Part shown: positions 17,100 through 27,456 of the stretch, piece after piece
How positions within the stretch are numbered: the first letter of the stretch is position 1
Layout of the letters: each line of letters starts with the position of its first letter
NCBI GenBank assembly: GCA_013152275.1
Contig: JAADGS010000028.1
Coordinates: 1 to 64,000 of the forward strand
DNA: 64,000 bases
From: Actinomycetota bacterium
GTDB taxonomy: Bacteria > Actinomycetota > Acidimicrobiia > Spongiisociales > UBA4744
Direction of reading: 5' to 3'
Made by a program: the position numbers and the translations under genes
Notes under the pieces: model-generated
What the model was told of the DNA's origin: nothing
Databases searched by the model: none
The model's input: the letters and a program-made list of their open reading frames with translations, nothing else

Positions 17100-18295
17100 C
17101 GATCCCGATACCCGTACTTCGCCAGTTCCGTGCGGGCAACGACGTTGCGGTGCACCTCGTCGACACCGTCGTAGATGCGAGCGGCCCGCTCATGTCGATA
17201 CCAGTAGGCGATCGGCGTGTAGTCGGTCATACCCATCCCGCCGAGCATCTGCAGGGCCTTGTCGAGAACCCTGCCGAGCGTGTTGGCGACGTAGAACTTG
17301 ATCGCCGAAACCTCGGTGCGAGCTCCACGGATCCCCTCCCGTTCGATCTTCGCCGCCGCATCGAGCACCAGCAGTCGGGATGCGTTCACCTCCACCCTGC
17401 TGTCCGCGATCCAGTGCTGGACGACCTGGCGTGACGCGAGCGGCCTGCCCGGGGCAAGTTCCCGATCGACCGCGTGCCGGCACATGATCTCGATGGCCCG
17501 CTCGCAGACACCGATCCATCGCATGCAATGGTGGATGCGCCCGGGCCCGAGGCGCTCCTGTGCCAAAATGAATCCCGAGCCTTCGGGGCCGATCCGATTC
17601 TCCACGGGCACCCTGCAATCGGTGAACGCCACCTCAGCGTGACTCGCCCATCCCGATCCGGTCTCCCCCATCACCGATGTCTTGCGCACCAGTTCGAACC
17701 CGGGAGTATCGGTGGGCACGATGATCATGCTCGCCCTCCGATGGCGTTCAGACGCCTGCGGGTTCGTCACGGCCATCACGATCGTGAACGCGGCCCCCTC
17801 GGCCGAAGACGTGAACCACTTGTCACCATTGATCACGTAGTCGTCCCCGTCTCTCGTCGCTGTCGTCGCCAGCCACGTGGGATTCGATCCCGCACGGCCC
17901 GGTTCCGTCATCGAGAAGCACGACCGGATCTCTCCGTCGATCAACGGGTACAGCCATTGCTGCTTCTGTGCCGCGCTTCCATGCCCCAGCAGCAGCTCCA
18001 TGTTTCCGACATCGGGAGCCTGGGCGTTGAATACGAAATGCCCGAGTGGCGTCCGGCCGAGTTGCTCGCTCACCTGTGCGAACTCGACGAGCGACAGGCC
18101 CGGACCGCCGACCTGCTCCGGCAGATGAGGAACCCACAGACCCATCTCCTTCACTTGGCGACGGAGTTCCCGCAGTTTCGGAGAGACGCCGGCAAAGCCT
18201 CCTGCAAGGAACTCGGATTCGATCGGAACGACCTCCCGATCGATGAAGCTGCGCACGACGTCGAGTACTGCACCGAGTTCGGTCGAAGTTGTCAT
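17096..18295 (-). CDS. Acyl-CoA dehydrogenase (ACAD11/LvaC-like)
   Basis: APDVGNME, SCFSMTEP, AQERLGPGRIHHCMR and RIYDGVDEVH motifs. Confidence 0.92.
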   Translation of the reverse strand: MTTSTELGAVLDVVRSFIDREVVPIESEFLAGGFAGVSPKLRELRRQVKEMGLWVPHLPEQVGGPGLSLVEFAQVSEQLGRTPLGHFVFNAQAPDVGNMELLLGHGSAAQKQQWLYPLIDGEIRSCFSMTEPGRAGSNPTWLATTATRDGDDYVINGDKWFTSSAEGAAFTIVMAVTNPQASERHRRASMIIVPTDTPGFELVRKTSVMGETGSGWASHAEVAFTDCRVPVENRIGPEGSGFILAQERLGPGRIHHCMRWIGVCERAIEIMCRHAVDRELAPGRPLASRQVVQHWIADSRVEVNASRLLVLDAAAKIEREGIRGARTEVSAIKFYVANTLGRVLDKALQMLGGMGMTDYTPIAYWYRHERAARIYDGVDEVHRNVVARTELAKYGYRDR

Positions 18296-18353
18296 GGCCG
18301 TCAGTCTCACACAGGCATCGGAGCGACGCAATCACCGTGGACCGCAGGTTCCG

Positions 18354-18380
18354 GGAACCCGGCAGCCGCCTCGGGTCGTC
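18354..18380 (+). promoter_or_regulatory. ECF sigma-type promoter GGAACC-N17-CGTC
   Basis: Motif repeated with identical spacing at 28404-28430 (-) and 59419-59445 (+). Confidence 0.65.
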
Positions 18381-18405
18381 CAAGCCACGAACGAACGGAG
18401 GGACC

Positions 18406-20373
18406 ATGCGCCGACTCACCATCCTGCTCACTGCACTTGCAGTCTTGACGTCCGCCTGTGCCGAGGTCGGCACCGTGGGAGGCACGACGACAGCTCCAAC
18501 CACTCCCGGTGTGTTCGGTGCCGCACTGCACAGCTTCGATCAGTGTGAAGATCTGCTCGATTACTACATCGAAGAGGCGATGCCGCTCGTCGGACCGTAC
18601 GGTCTGCCGGGGTATGGGTCATATGGTCCCGCCTTCCTCGAAGAAGACGTAGTCCGCGCTGCTCCGGGCCGGCGCGCAACGCCTTCGACGACCCAGGCGT
18701 CCGCTGCAAAGGACTACTCGGGAACGAATGTCCAGGTGGCAGGTGTCGACGAGGCGGACATCGTCAAGACCGACGGCAATCGTATCTTCGCTCTGGTGAA
18801 CGGCTCCCTGCAGATCGCGATTCCACGGAACGACGGGGTCGAGATCGCCGGAAGCCTCGAGCTTCGTGACTGGTGGCCGGACCAGATGCTGCTCTTCGGC
18901 GACACCGTGCTCCTGATCGGCCAGGACCGGCAGGGTGGAGCGCGACCCCTCGCGCCCGAGATGGGCATCGCGGCGCCACCATCGGCCGTGACCCGTCTGG
19001 CCCAGGTGGACGTGTCCGATCCGTACCGTCCCAAGCTCGTCCAGACCCTCTGGCTGGACGGCGGATACGTCTCGTCCCGCCTCGTGGGCTCCCGGGCAAC
19101 CGTCGCGATCACCTCATCGCCGGTCGGCTTCGACTGGGCGTATCCGGAAGGATCCGGGCTTCGATCCGAACGGCTCGCGACTACCAAGAACCGCCAGATC
19201 GTCCGAGATTCGAAACTCGACAACTGGCTCCCCTACTACGTCCTCGAGAGCGGCGGCCGCACCACGGAAGGCAGGCTGCTCGACTGCTCGTCGGTGATGG
19301 TGCCCAACGAGTTCTCCGGTCTGAACACGCTGTCGATACTGACGTTCGATCTCGAGAACGGAATCGGCTCCTGGGATGACGCCGGTGTCGTCGCGTCGGG
19401 AAGCACGCTGTATGCGACGGCCGAGCGCGTCTACGTGGCAACGCAGCCATGGATGAACTGGGGGCTGCTCGCGCAAGATGAGATCCGCAACGAAGCGAAG
19501 CGGTATCACAGCCGGATCCACGTGTTCGACACATCGGGAAGTCCGCGCTACGTCGCCAGCGGTGAAGTGACCGGGTTTCTCTTGAACCAGTTCTCGATGG
19601 ACGAGTACGACGGATCGCTGCGGGTGGCGAGTACGACCGCCCCGCAAGGCTGGTGGTGGTCCGACGAGTCCGAAAGCCTCGTGACGATCCTGCAACTGGA
19701 GGGCAACCGGCTCGCCGAAGTGGGCAGAATCGACGGTCTTGGACGCGGTGAGCGCATCTTCGGAGTCCGTTTCATCGACGACACCGGATATGTCGTGACG
19801 TTCCGTCAGACCGACCCCCTCTACACGATCGACCTGTCGAATCCGAGACGACCGAAGGTCGCCGGTGAGCTCGAGCTCCTCGGGTACTCCGCGTACCTGC
19901 ACCCCGCCGGTGACGGTCTGCTGCTCGGACTCGGCCAGGACGCCGACAAGACCGGAAGGACGAAGGGCACCAAACTCTCGATGTTCGACGTCTCGGATCC
20001 TGCACATCCTGTCAAGATCGACCAGGTGACGATGGACGGCGGCTACTCGCAGGCCGAGAACGACCATCACGCGTTCACGTTCTGGAACGGACTCGTGCTC
20101 ATGCCGTACGAAGGTTGGGGACGTGACGGCTCCTCGTACGACAGCGGCATTCTCGCCGTGCGTGTGAACGGCCGGAAGCTCACCTTCGAGAAGATCTTGC
20201 GTGCCTTCGAGGACGGGCCCGTCACCGGAAACGACATGGACCGGCTCGAGCCGTGGCGCTGGGCGCCCATTCGGACGATGGTGATCGGACCGAACATCTA
20301 CACGATCACCCAGGGTGGGATCGCCGTGCACGACTTCGACACGCTCGACCGAGTCACGTTCGAGCGGTTCTGA
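18406..20373 (+). CDS. Secreted beta-propeller domain lipoprotein (COG4880-like)
   Basis: Lipobox LTSAC; YSGTNVQVAGVDEADIVKTDG, LLNQFSMDEY, VTFRQTDPL and GYSAYLHP motifs. Confidence 0.88.
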   Translation: MRRLTILLTALAVLTSACAEVGTVGGTTTAPTTPGVFGAALHSFDQCEDLLDYYIEEAMPLVGPYGLPGYGSYGPAFLEEDVVRAAPGRRATPSTTQASAAKDYSGTNVQVAGVDEADIVKTDGNRIFALVNGSLQIAIPRNDGVEIAGSLELRDWWPDQMLLFGDTVLLIGQDRQGGARPLAPEMGIAAPPSAVTRLAQVDVSDPYRPKLVQTLWLDGGYVSSRLVGSRATVAITSSPVGFDWAYPEGSGLRSERLATTKNRQIVRDSKLDNWLPYYVLESGGRTTEGRLLDCSSVMVPNEFSGLNTLSILTFDLENGIGSWDDAGVVASGSTLYATAERVYVATQPWMNWGLLAQDEIRNEAKRYHSRIHVFDTSGSPRYVASGEVTGFLLNQFSMDEYDGSLRVASTTAPQGWWWSDESESLVTILQLEGNRLAEVGRIDGLGRGERIFGVRFIDDTGYVVTFRQTDPLYTIDLSNPRRPKVAGELELLGYSAYLHPAGDGLLLGLGQDADKTGRTKGTKLSMFDVSDPAHPVKIDQVTMDGGYSQAENDHHAFTFWNGLVLMPYEGWGRDGSSYDSGILAVRVNGRKLTFEKILRAFEDGPVTGNDMDRLEPWRWAPIRTMVIGPNIYTITQGGIAVHDFDTLDRVTFERF

Positions 20374-21543
20374 TCAGGCCGGTCGGTGCTCCGACGGCCG
20401 GACCAGGAACCAGAGGGTGACGAGCGCAAGAAGCTCGGCTGCCAGGACAAAGGCCATGACGGCGACCGTGGAGATCTCGTACAGGCGGCCCATCAGCACG
20501 GCCCCGACGAGCAGCGCGATGCCGTACACGGCGGTGAACGCACCGTATGCGGTGGCACGGCGTTCCGGTCGGGAGAGATTCGCCACCGCAGCGCGCATGC
20601 TCGACTCCGCCACGCCCATCGCTGCACCCCACGCCAGACCACCGACCCAGATGAGCGACAGATCGACACCGAAGACCATGGCGGCGACTCCGAATCCGAC
20701 CGGCGCCCCGACGAGTGCGACGAGCCCCCAACGGTCGTACGATCTGCCCGCGATGAGCGCCGCACCTGCATCCACCGCCATCGCGGCGGAGAACAGCAGC
20801 GGCACCTGCACATCGGACAGGACTCCGCTGGTCGTCAGATGAAAGGCGATGAGCGGAAACGGTGCGAGTCCGAGGCCGGTGAATGCTGCGAATGCGAGGT
20901 ATCGACGCAACGGCCTGTCGATATGATCGGGCGTCAGAGACGTTTCCGCCGCCGGTGGTTCTCCCACACGCCGGCGCACCCACAGCAGCACGACGCCCAC
21001 GAAGACCGCCGGAACCGCGAGGATCGAGAATGCGAATCGGTAGTCGCCACCCTTCACGCTCAGCGCGGCGGCGAGGAGCAGTGGACCCAGAACGGCGCCG
21101 GTCTGATCGAGCGCCTCGTGCAGACCGAACCCCCAACCGTGACCGAGCGGCTCGGTGGCCACCGACAGCAGCGTATCGCGTGCAGGGGTGCGCACCGCCT
21201 TCCCCAGTCGTTCTGCGACAACCAACGCCAGGGCGAGATCCACACGGCCCACCCAACCCAGAAGCGGTACCGCGACCATCGTGAGGCCGTACCCGCCGAT
21301 CGTCAGCGCCCATCGCCGACCCGTACGATCCGCGACGACGCCGGCAACCGCCCGCAGGCCGTACCCCACGAACTCCCCGAGGCCGGATATCAGCGCAACG
21401 GTGGCGGCGGTGGCTCCCAGCGTCGCCAGAAAAGGCCCGAGGACACTTCGCGCACCCTCGTAGACGACGTCGGCAAGCAGAGAGACCACTCCGAATGCGA
21501 GGACGATTCGGAGCGCACGCGACCGAACTTGAGCATCGTCCAT
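20374..21543 (-). CDS. MFS transporter
   Basis: VSLLADVVYEGARS, GKAVRTPARD and GLHEALDQTGA; many hydrophobic segments. Confidence 0.88.
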   Translation of the reverse strand: MDDAQVRSRALRIVLAFGVVSLLADVVYEGARSVLGPFLATLGATAATVALISGLGEFVGYGLRAVAGVVADRTGRRWALTIGGYGLTMVAVPLLGWVGRVDLALALVVAERLGKAVRTPARDTLLSVATEPLGHGWGFGLHEALDQTGAVLGPLLLAAALSVKGGDYRFAFSILAVPAVFVGVVLLWVRRRVGEPPAAETSLTPDHIDRPLRRYLAFAAFTGLGLAPFPLIAFHLTTSGVLSDVQVPLLFSAAMAVDAGAALIAGRSYDRWGLVALVGAPVGFGVAAMVFGVDLSLIWVGGLAWGAAMGVAESSMRAAVANLSRPERRATAYGAFTAVYGIALLVGAVLMGRLYEISTVAVMAFVLAAELLALVTLWFLVRPSEHRPA

Positions 21544-21573
21544 TCCAGGCGACCTTACTCCGGGTGCCGCCCC

Positions 21574-22911
21574 CTATGGCAACGTGAACCAGAAGATACT
21601 TCCGCCACCCGGCGCGGGATCCAGCCCGATCTCCCCTCCGTGCGCTTCGACGATGCGCCGGCTGATCGCCATTCCGAGTCCGGTGCTCGCCTCTCCCCCG
21701 GTGGGCCGGTTGGACAGCTTTCCGAAGTAACTGAACAGTCGTTCCCGGTCGGCGCCCGTGATACCCGGACCCTCGTCCTGGACGTCGACCCTGCACCCGG
21801 AAGGCACCTTGTGCACGGAGACGCGAACGGTGGTGCCGGGAGGCGAGTACTTGACCGCGTTCGAGAGCAGGTTGTCCACCACTTGGCGAAGGCGGGCCGG
21901 ATCGGCCTGCACGAGCCCGCCCTCCGTCGGAATGAACTCGATCGTCATGCCCTTGTTCTTTGCGAGCTTCCGATGCCGTTCCACCTCGAGACCGAGGAAC
22001 GCACAGAGGTCCACCTCCTGGCGATGCAGCTCGAGAACCCCGGACTCGATCTGGGAAACGTCGAGCAGATCGTTGATGAGCTCGAGCATGTACCGGGCCT
22101 GCTGAACGATATCTTCGACGAAGACGCGCTGCTCCTCCTCGAGGGCGCATGCCGCCAGATACTCGGCGGCCATGAGCACTGCGGAGACCGGGTTACGAAG
22201 GTCGTGGGCGGCCATGCCGAGGAAGCGATCCTTGGTCTCGTTCAGCCGAGCCAGTTCCCTGTTCTTTTCTTCGATCGCGGCCCCGCGCGACGCTATCTCC
22301 GACATCATGTGCCCTCGCTCGACGATGGTCGAGAGTTGCGAGGCGATGCGCAGGAAGGTTGCGACATGGTCGGGAGTGTACGCGTTGCGAGCCACACTCG
22401 AGAAGAACATGAACCCGACCGCCGAACCATTGTTCGTCAAGGGGCAGGTGAGCGACGATCGGATACCTTCTTCCAGGATGAGGCCGGTCGATTCGGAGTC
22501 CGGCTTGAATCGGAAGTACGCACCCAGGTCGTTGATGATTCGGGGTTTCCCGGTTTCGATGATCTGTTGGAGACTGCTTCCCTCCAGGGCCGCCGAGTAG
22601 CCGGTGGCGAGCTTCACCGTCGGAAGGTCGGACTTCACCCACTTTGCGGAGACGCGATCACCCTCGATCAGTGAGAAGCTGATCCTGTTGTACGGGATGA
22701 CTCCACGAAAGCTCTCGTAGACCTTGTCGAGAATGTCCTCGAGGAGAAGACCATCGTTGATCAACGTCGTGATTCGATCGAGCGTCTCCATCTCACGGAT
22801 TCGAAGTTCCAGCTGGTCGGCAACAGACTGCAGGGTCGCCGCGATTCTCCCCACTTCGTCGGGAAAGGTGGAGGCGGCGGCGATCGGATCGGCCAGTTGC
22901 ATAGGCTTCAC
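21574..22911 (-). CDS. GAF-domain sensor histidine kinase (cytoplasmic)
   Basis: H-box AAHDLRNP, N-box NLLSNAVKYS, DEGPG and GLGMAI; GAF region (GIRSSLTCPL). Start 22902 or 22911. Confidence 0.9.
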   Translation of the reverse strand: MKPMQLADPIAAASTFPDEVGRIAATLQSVADQLELRIREMETLDRITTLINDGLLLEDILDKVYESFRGVIPYNRISFSLIEGDRVSAKWVKSDLPTVKLATGYSAALEGSSLQQIIETGKPRIINDLGAYFRFKPDSESTGLILEEGIRSSLTCPLTNNGSAVGFMFFSSVARNAYTPDHVATFLRIASQLSTIVERGHMMSEIASRGAAIEEKNRELARLNETKDRFLGMAAHDLRNPVSAVLMAAEYLAACALEEEQRVFVEDIVQQARYMLELINDLLDVSQIESGVLELHRQEVDLCAFLGLEVERHRKLAKNKGMTIEFIPTEGGLVQADPARLRQVVDNLLSNAVKYSPPGTTVRVSVHKVPSGCRVDVQDEGPGITGADRERLFSYFGKLSNRPTGGEASTGLGMAISRRIVEAHGGEIGLDPAPGGGSIFWFTLP

Positions 22912-22966
22912 GTCATTTCCTCACTGCCGGCTACCACATACTCATCGGCAACCACGCCGGTGTCCC

Positions 22967-23725
22967 TTAGCGCCTCGCCACCCAACGCTCCAACACGGAA
23001 GCATGCTCGAGCAGATCGAGATCGAGCCCCATCTCCGGATGAGGAACGTCGAGGATCCGAAGGTCCAGTTCGAGAGCCTTCGAGATTCCCCGCTCCGCCT
23101 GCGTGAGGCTGAGACGCCGAACCAGATACCGAAACAGAAGGCCCCATCCGATCAGCCGTGCAGTCTGCAGCGTGTTCTTGCGCGCTCCGGCAAGCGGTTC
23201 GAGCCGAGCCTTCAGACCAGACGCCATCGCCGGACGGAAGAGGATGAAGTCGGCCGCGGTGAATTCACCGTCGGTGAGTCGCCAGTACTCGTTCGGATAG
23301 TCCGGGTAGCCCGCCTGAACGACGTCGCGGCGGATCACGCCGGCCACGGCGTCGTGCGCATGGGCCGCCGAGGTGAACCAGTCGACCATGGCCCCGGTCA
23401 ACAACGGAATATCGGACGAACAGCCCGCGGCGATCGGCATTGCAGGGTCACGGGCAAGCAGCACGTCGACGCCCGCCATGAAGTTGTCGACGAGGCCACC
23501 ACGATTCGGGACGGTCTCCACGATCTTCGGAGACACGAACACCCCGGGCTCGGTCCCCACGATCACGATGCAATCGATCGTCTCCGCGTCCGTCAGCGCG
23601 TCGACGACCCGCTGGCCGACCGTCATGCCCGCGACCTCGACCTGCGCTTTCGGAAGACCCCGGGTCAACGAGTAGAGGCTGTCACCCGGCATCGGCACGC
23701 CGCCCGCGAGTACGACACAATCCAT
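22967..23725 (-). CDS. MobA-like NTP transferase
   Basis: VVLAGG, PKA, SSDIPLL and DLD motifs. Confidence 0.75.
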   Translation of the reverse strand: MDCVVLAGGVPMPGDSLYSLTRGLPKAQVEVAGMTVGQRVVDALTDAETIDCIVIVGTEPGVFVSPKIVETVPNRGGLVDNFMAGVDVLLARDPAMPIAAGCSSDIPLLTGAMVDWFTSAAHAHDAVAGVIRRDVVQAGYPDYPNEYWRLTDGEFTAADFILFRPAMASGLKARLEPLAGARKNTLQTARLIGWGLLFRYLVRRLSLTQAERGISKALELDLRILDVPHPEMGLDLDLLEHASVLERWVARR

Positions 23726-25059
23726 CAGGGCGTCGCCGCCTTCACCGCCGCCAGGCGTTCCCCGTACAGCGAGTATCGGCGTGCGGCGTAGGCCGCCACC
23801 ACGACGCCGAGCAGCGGCGCGCCGGAGATGAGGATCCGGAGGCCCACTGCGACATTGTGCGGCTGCACGACGAGCGAGGGGTCGTAGCCCGTGATCGCCA
23901 GCATCCCACCGATCAGCGTGCCCTGGAAGGCAAATGCCGCCCGGATGACGAACCCGTGCATTCCGAAGAACATCCCCTCGCGACGCACCCCGTGACGAGC
24001 GGCATCTTCGTCGATCACGTCGGCCAGCATGACCTCACGCAACATGAGCAGTCCGGCCAGGCCGACGCCCAGGCCCCCCGCCGCGACGAGTGCCTGGTCA
24101 TACGAGCGGACGACTCCGAGCGGAATCAACAGAAGACCGAAGAGGCCGAGCGCGACGATGATGGCCGAGCGGCTCTCCCACCGTTTCGCCGCCCACGTCC
24201 ACAGGGCGAACGAAGGTATGGCGACGACGAACGCGACACCGCTGATCAGGCCCTGCCGAAGACCGTCGTTCTCCCCCAGCACGTATTTCGCGAACAGCGG
24301 CACGACGGCGGGAAGAACGATGAGCATGAACTCGATGGCGGTCGACATGACGAGAAACCATCGGAACGAACCGCTGCGAAGCGTCATCCGGACGGCCGTC
24401 TTGAACGGAACCTCCGATGCGACGGACGTGCGAGCAGGCTCGAAACTCCCACCGAGGGAGATGAAGAACGCGAGGCTCGCCAAGGCTCCGAACAGGACTC
24501 CCATCGCGGCCCACCCGATGGCGTCCGCGAGGCTCTTGGCGAACGTCACGCCGACGATCACACCCAGAATCGCGAACCCTTGCCGCCACCCTGCCACGGC
24601 GGCCCGAGGGCCCTGCTCCGGGTACATCGCGGGAAACAGCGCAACGTAGTTGATGGTGATCGCGGAGAACATCGCATCGAAAACGCATATGGCGATCAGG
24701 AAATACCACCAGAGGCCCCCACCGAGCCCGAGTCCCAATCCGGCGGGCGGCATCCAGATCAGCGCGAAGCTGATACCCAGCGGTATCGCGAGCGCCACGA
24801 TCCACGGGATCCGCCGACCCCAGCGGGTGCTCGTGCGATCGGAGAGTTGACCGGCGATCGGATCGTTGACCATGTTCCACAAGGTGTACAGCACCCAGGC
24901 CCACGTCATCGCAAGAGGGGCGAGGCGAAGCACGTCCAGATAGAAGAACTGCACCCAGCCGATGAACGCCTCGTAGGAGAGCGAGACACCGAACGTCCCG
25001 AAGGCCCACAGCACCTTGTGCCGCGTCGAGAGTCGCTGCCGGTGAACCCATGTGCTCAT
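23725..25059 (-). CDS. MelB/GPH-type MFS sugar transporter
   Basis: WNMVNDPIAGQLSDRTSTRWGRRIPW and DVIDED...RREGMFFG motifs. Confidence 0.88.
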   Translation of the reverse strand: MSTWVHRQRLSTRHKVLWAFGTFGVSLSYEAFIGWVQFFYLDVLRLAPLAMTWAWVLYTLWNMVNDPIAGQLSDRTSTRWGRRIPWIVALAIPLGISFALIWMPPAGLGLGLGGGLWWYFLIAICVFDAMFSAITINYVALFPAMYPEQGPRAAVAGWRQGFAILGVIVGVTFAKSLADAIGWAAMGVLFGALASLAFFISLGGSFEPARTSVASEVPFKTAVRMTLRSGSFRWFLVMSTAIEFMLIVLPAVVPLFAKYVLGENDGLRQGLISGVAFVVAIPSFALWTWAAKRWESRSAIIVALGLFGLLLIPLGVVRSYDQALVAAGGLGVGLAGLLMLREVMLADVIDEDAARHGVRREGMFFGMHGFVIRAAFAFQGTLIGGMLAITGYDPSLVVQPHNVAVGLRILISGAPLLGVVVAAYAARRYSLYGERLAAVKAATP

Positions 25060-25140
25060 GGACGCAGAGGCTACCGGCCAGATAGCCTCCGCACCGGTCC
25101 ATCGGGCCGAAATCTCCGGCGGTGCACTATCTTGCGGGGC

Positions 25141-25920
25141 ATGCAGACGCCCGTCCAGCGAGCCGTCGACATCCTCGGCCGAGCCGCCCACATCCTCGTG
25201 TTCACCGGCGCCGGGATCTCCGTCGAGTCCGGGATCCCCGATTTTCGCGGTCCGGACGGCCTCTGGTCTCGAGTCGACCCGTCGCTGTTCGAGATCGGCC
25301 GCTACCTGTCGGACGCCGCGGCCCGCCGTGAAGTCTGGCGAATCCACCTCGCCGGAGAGCTCGACATCGGCGATCTACAACCGAATCCGGCCCATCGCGC
25401 GGTCGTGGATCTGTGGAAGAGCGGTCGGATGGCCGGCTGCATCACCCAGAACATCGACGGGCTCCACCAGAAGGCAGGTCTGCCCGAGACCGAAGTCGCC
25501 GAACTCCACGGCAACTTGAGGCGCGTTCGTTGCGTCTCCTGTGCCAGGGTCTGGCCCGCAAAGGAGATCCTCGACCGAATCGACGCAGGCGAAGCCGACC
25601 CCCGCTGCCCCGATTGCCACGGCATCCTCAAGTCGACCACCGTGTTGTTCGGCGAGTTGCTGCCGGGTGCGGCCATCGCCCGGGCCCAACAGATGTCCGA
25701 CGAGGCAGATGCCGTCTTGTCGATCGGAAGCACGCTTTCGGTGTACCCGGCGGTCGATTTCGTCCTCGACGCCGTGTCTCGCGGCGCTCCGCTCGTGATC
25801 GCCAACCTCGGACCGACCGATCGAGATGACCTCGCGGCCGTTCGGGTAGACGGGCGGGCCGCTTCAACGGTCCCCGCCATCGTCGGAAAGCTCCTTGGTG
25901 CACCACCCGAAGGACCGTGA
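25141..25920 (+). CDS. cobB: NAD-dependent protein deacylase (sirtuin)
   Basis: TGAGISVESGIPDFRG, ITQNIDGLHQKAG, ELHG, CxxC...CxxC and GSTLSVYP motifs. Confidence 0.93.
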   Translation: MQTPVQRAVDILGRAAHILVFTGAGISVESGIPDFRGPDGLWSRVDPSLFEIGRYLSDAAARREVWRIHLAGELDIGDLQPNPAHRAVVDLWKSGRMAGCITQNIDGLHQKAGLPETEVAELHGNLRRVRCVSCARVWPAKEILDRIDAGEADPRCPDCHGILKSTTVLFGELLPGAAIARAQQMSDEADAVLSIGSTLSVYPAVDFVLDAVSRGAPLVIANLGPTDRDDLAAVRVDGRAASTVPAIVGKLLGAPPEGP

Positions 25921-25938
25921 GAGCCGCCGGCGGCAACG

Positions 25939-27396
25939 TCAGCCCACCCGTTCTCGCCACACTCCGAGGCCGACGGCGGCGAGAAACCCTGCGATCGCGA
26001 GCAGCTGCACCCAGTCTCCCACCCGGTTGTACAACGTTGGTCCCAACGTCCGGAATCCGACCTCGCCACGAAGAATGGCGGGCTCCATGATCGGCGTGCG
26101 ATCGGTGATCGTCCCGTCGGCGGTGATGAGAGCACTCGAACCGGTGATCGAGGCGTGCACCATGTCGATACCGTTCTCGGCCGCCCGCATGCGAGTCATC
26201 TCACTGAACTGCAGCGTCGCCGCCGAGCGCCCATAGCCGGACTCGTTGGTCGTCACCACCACGAATCTCGCACCGGCGCGCACCGCTTCGCGTACGTGAC
26301 GGGGGAACGCGGCCTCGAAGCAGATCACCGAGGCGAAGGGGCCCTGTGGAAGATCCCACACGACAGGGTGCGTCCCGGGAACCATGTCCCGAGACACACG
26401 ATCGATCTCCTTCACCCAGCCCAGGTACCGCCGAAACGGCACGTACTCGCCGAACGGCACCCCCTGACGCTTCCTGTACTCACCGACGACGACACCATCC
26501 GGACCGTAGAGAACGTTGGCGTTGACGAACCCGGTGTCTCCCACGGCGCGGGTCGACCCTACGAGAATCGAGGCGTCCAATCGCACCGCCTCCGCGGCCA
26601 CAGCCTCCCCGTTCTGCGGATTGGTCAGCGTCTCGGCCCCATACTGAGCCGAGCTTTCGGGCCAGATGACGAGATCCACGCTTCCCGCTTCCAGGGTGCG
26701 TGTCAACGCAAGATGCGAATCGAAGATCTCCTGGTTCTCACCTGGGCAGTAGCGTCCGGGGCACGGACTCGACCCCTGGATCACGGCGACACGCAGCACG
26801 TTTCCGTCGGTCTGCGGCGGCCAGAGAGATCCGGCGAGCAGGAGCACGAGCGCGGTTCCGACGGCACCGGCCAGCCAACGGGCACTCTTGCGTTCCAGGA
26901 CGAGGACGAGACCTGCGGCGATCCCCACCGCCAGCACCGAAAGGCCGGTCTCCCCTACCCACTGCGCCGTGGCCCGCAAGGCCGGAACGTCACCAACCGC
27001 GGTACCGAGCGAACCCCACGGGAAACCCCCGAACGGCCAGTGGCCACGTACCCACTCCGTCGCCGCCCAACCGCCCACGACCACCATCCACCACAGACCC
27101 GGCGCCCATGCGCGGGTCCGCCAGACGATCCAACCGAGTGGCACGAGATACAGCCCCATGACCGGAAACAGCACCGCCGCGCCGACGCGCGTGCTGATCG
27201 CCACCCACCACAGCAACGAAGTGAAGAAGACGATCCCGAACAGATACGTGGCTCCGGCCGCCGACCAGCGACCCTTCGCTCGCCGCAAACCCCACAGCAA
27301 CGGAACAGGAGCGATGAAGACGATCGCTCCCCAACCCACGGGAGGAAACGCCAGCCACAACAGGCCTGCAGACACGAGTGCACCGAACCAAACCAC
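25939..27396 (-). CDS. lnt: Apolipoprotein N-acyltransferase
   Basis: GGFPW, WPES, K...VPFGEYVP, ICFE and RAAE motifs. Confidence 0.93.
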   Translation of the reverse strand: MVWFGALVSAGLLWLAFPPVGWGAIVFIAPVPLLWGLRRAKGRWSAAGATYLFGIVFFTSLLWWVAISTRVGAAVLFPVMGLYLVPLGWIVWRTRAWAPGLWWMVVVGGWAATEWVRGHWPFGGFPWGSLGTAVGDVPALRATAQWVGETGLSVLAVGIAAGLVLVLERKSARWLAGAVGTALVLLLAGSLWPPQTDGNVLRVAVIQGSSPCPGRYCPGENQEIFDSHLALTRTLEAGSVDLVIWPESSAQYGAETLTNPQNGEAVAAEAVRLDASILVGSTRAVGDTGFVNANVLYGPDGVVVGEYRKRQGVPFGEYVPFRRYLGWVKEIDRVSRDMVPGTHPVVWDLPQGPFASVICFEAAFPRHVREAVRAGARFVVVTTNESGYGRSAATLQFSEMTRMRAAENGIDMVHASITGSSALITADGTITDRTPIMEPAILRGEVGFRTLGPTLYNRVGDWVQLLAIAGFLAAVGLGVWRERVG

Positions 27397-27415
27397 GGCC
27401 GCACGCTAGTCGATG

Positions 27416-27450
27416 CCGGGGGCTTCACCCGACGGGGGTGAAGCCCCCGG
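27416..27450. terminator. GC-rich hairpin, probable terminator after the DUF4349 gene
   Basis: CCGGGGGCTTCACCC-GACGG-GGGTGAAGCCCCCGG, 15-bp stem. Confidence 0.7.
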
Positions 27451-27456
27451 TAGCTC

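Noticed and set aside
20354..22674. Long alternative ORFs (598 aa -, 762 aa +) and similar shadow ORFs elsewhere
   Set aside because: Arg/Pro-rich off-frame or antisense translations of real genes, expected at high GC; no motifs.
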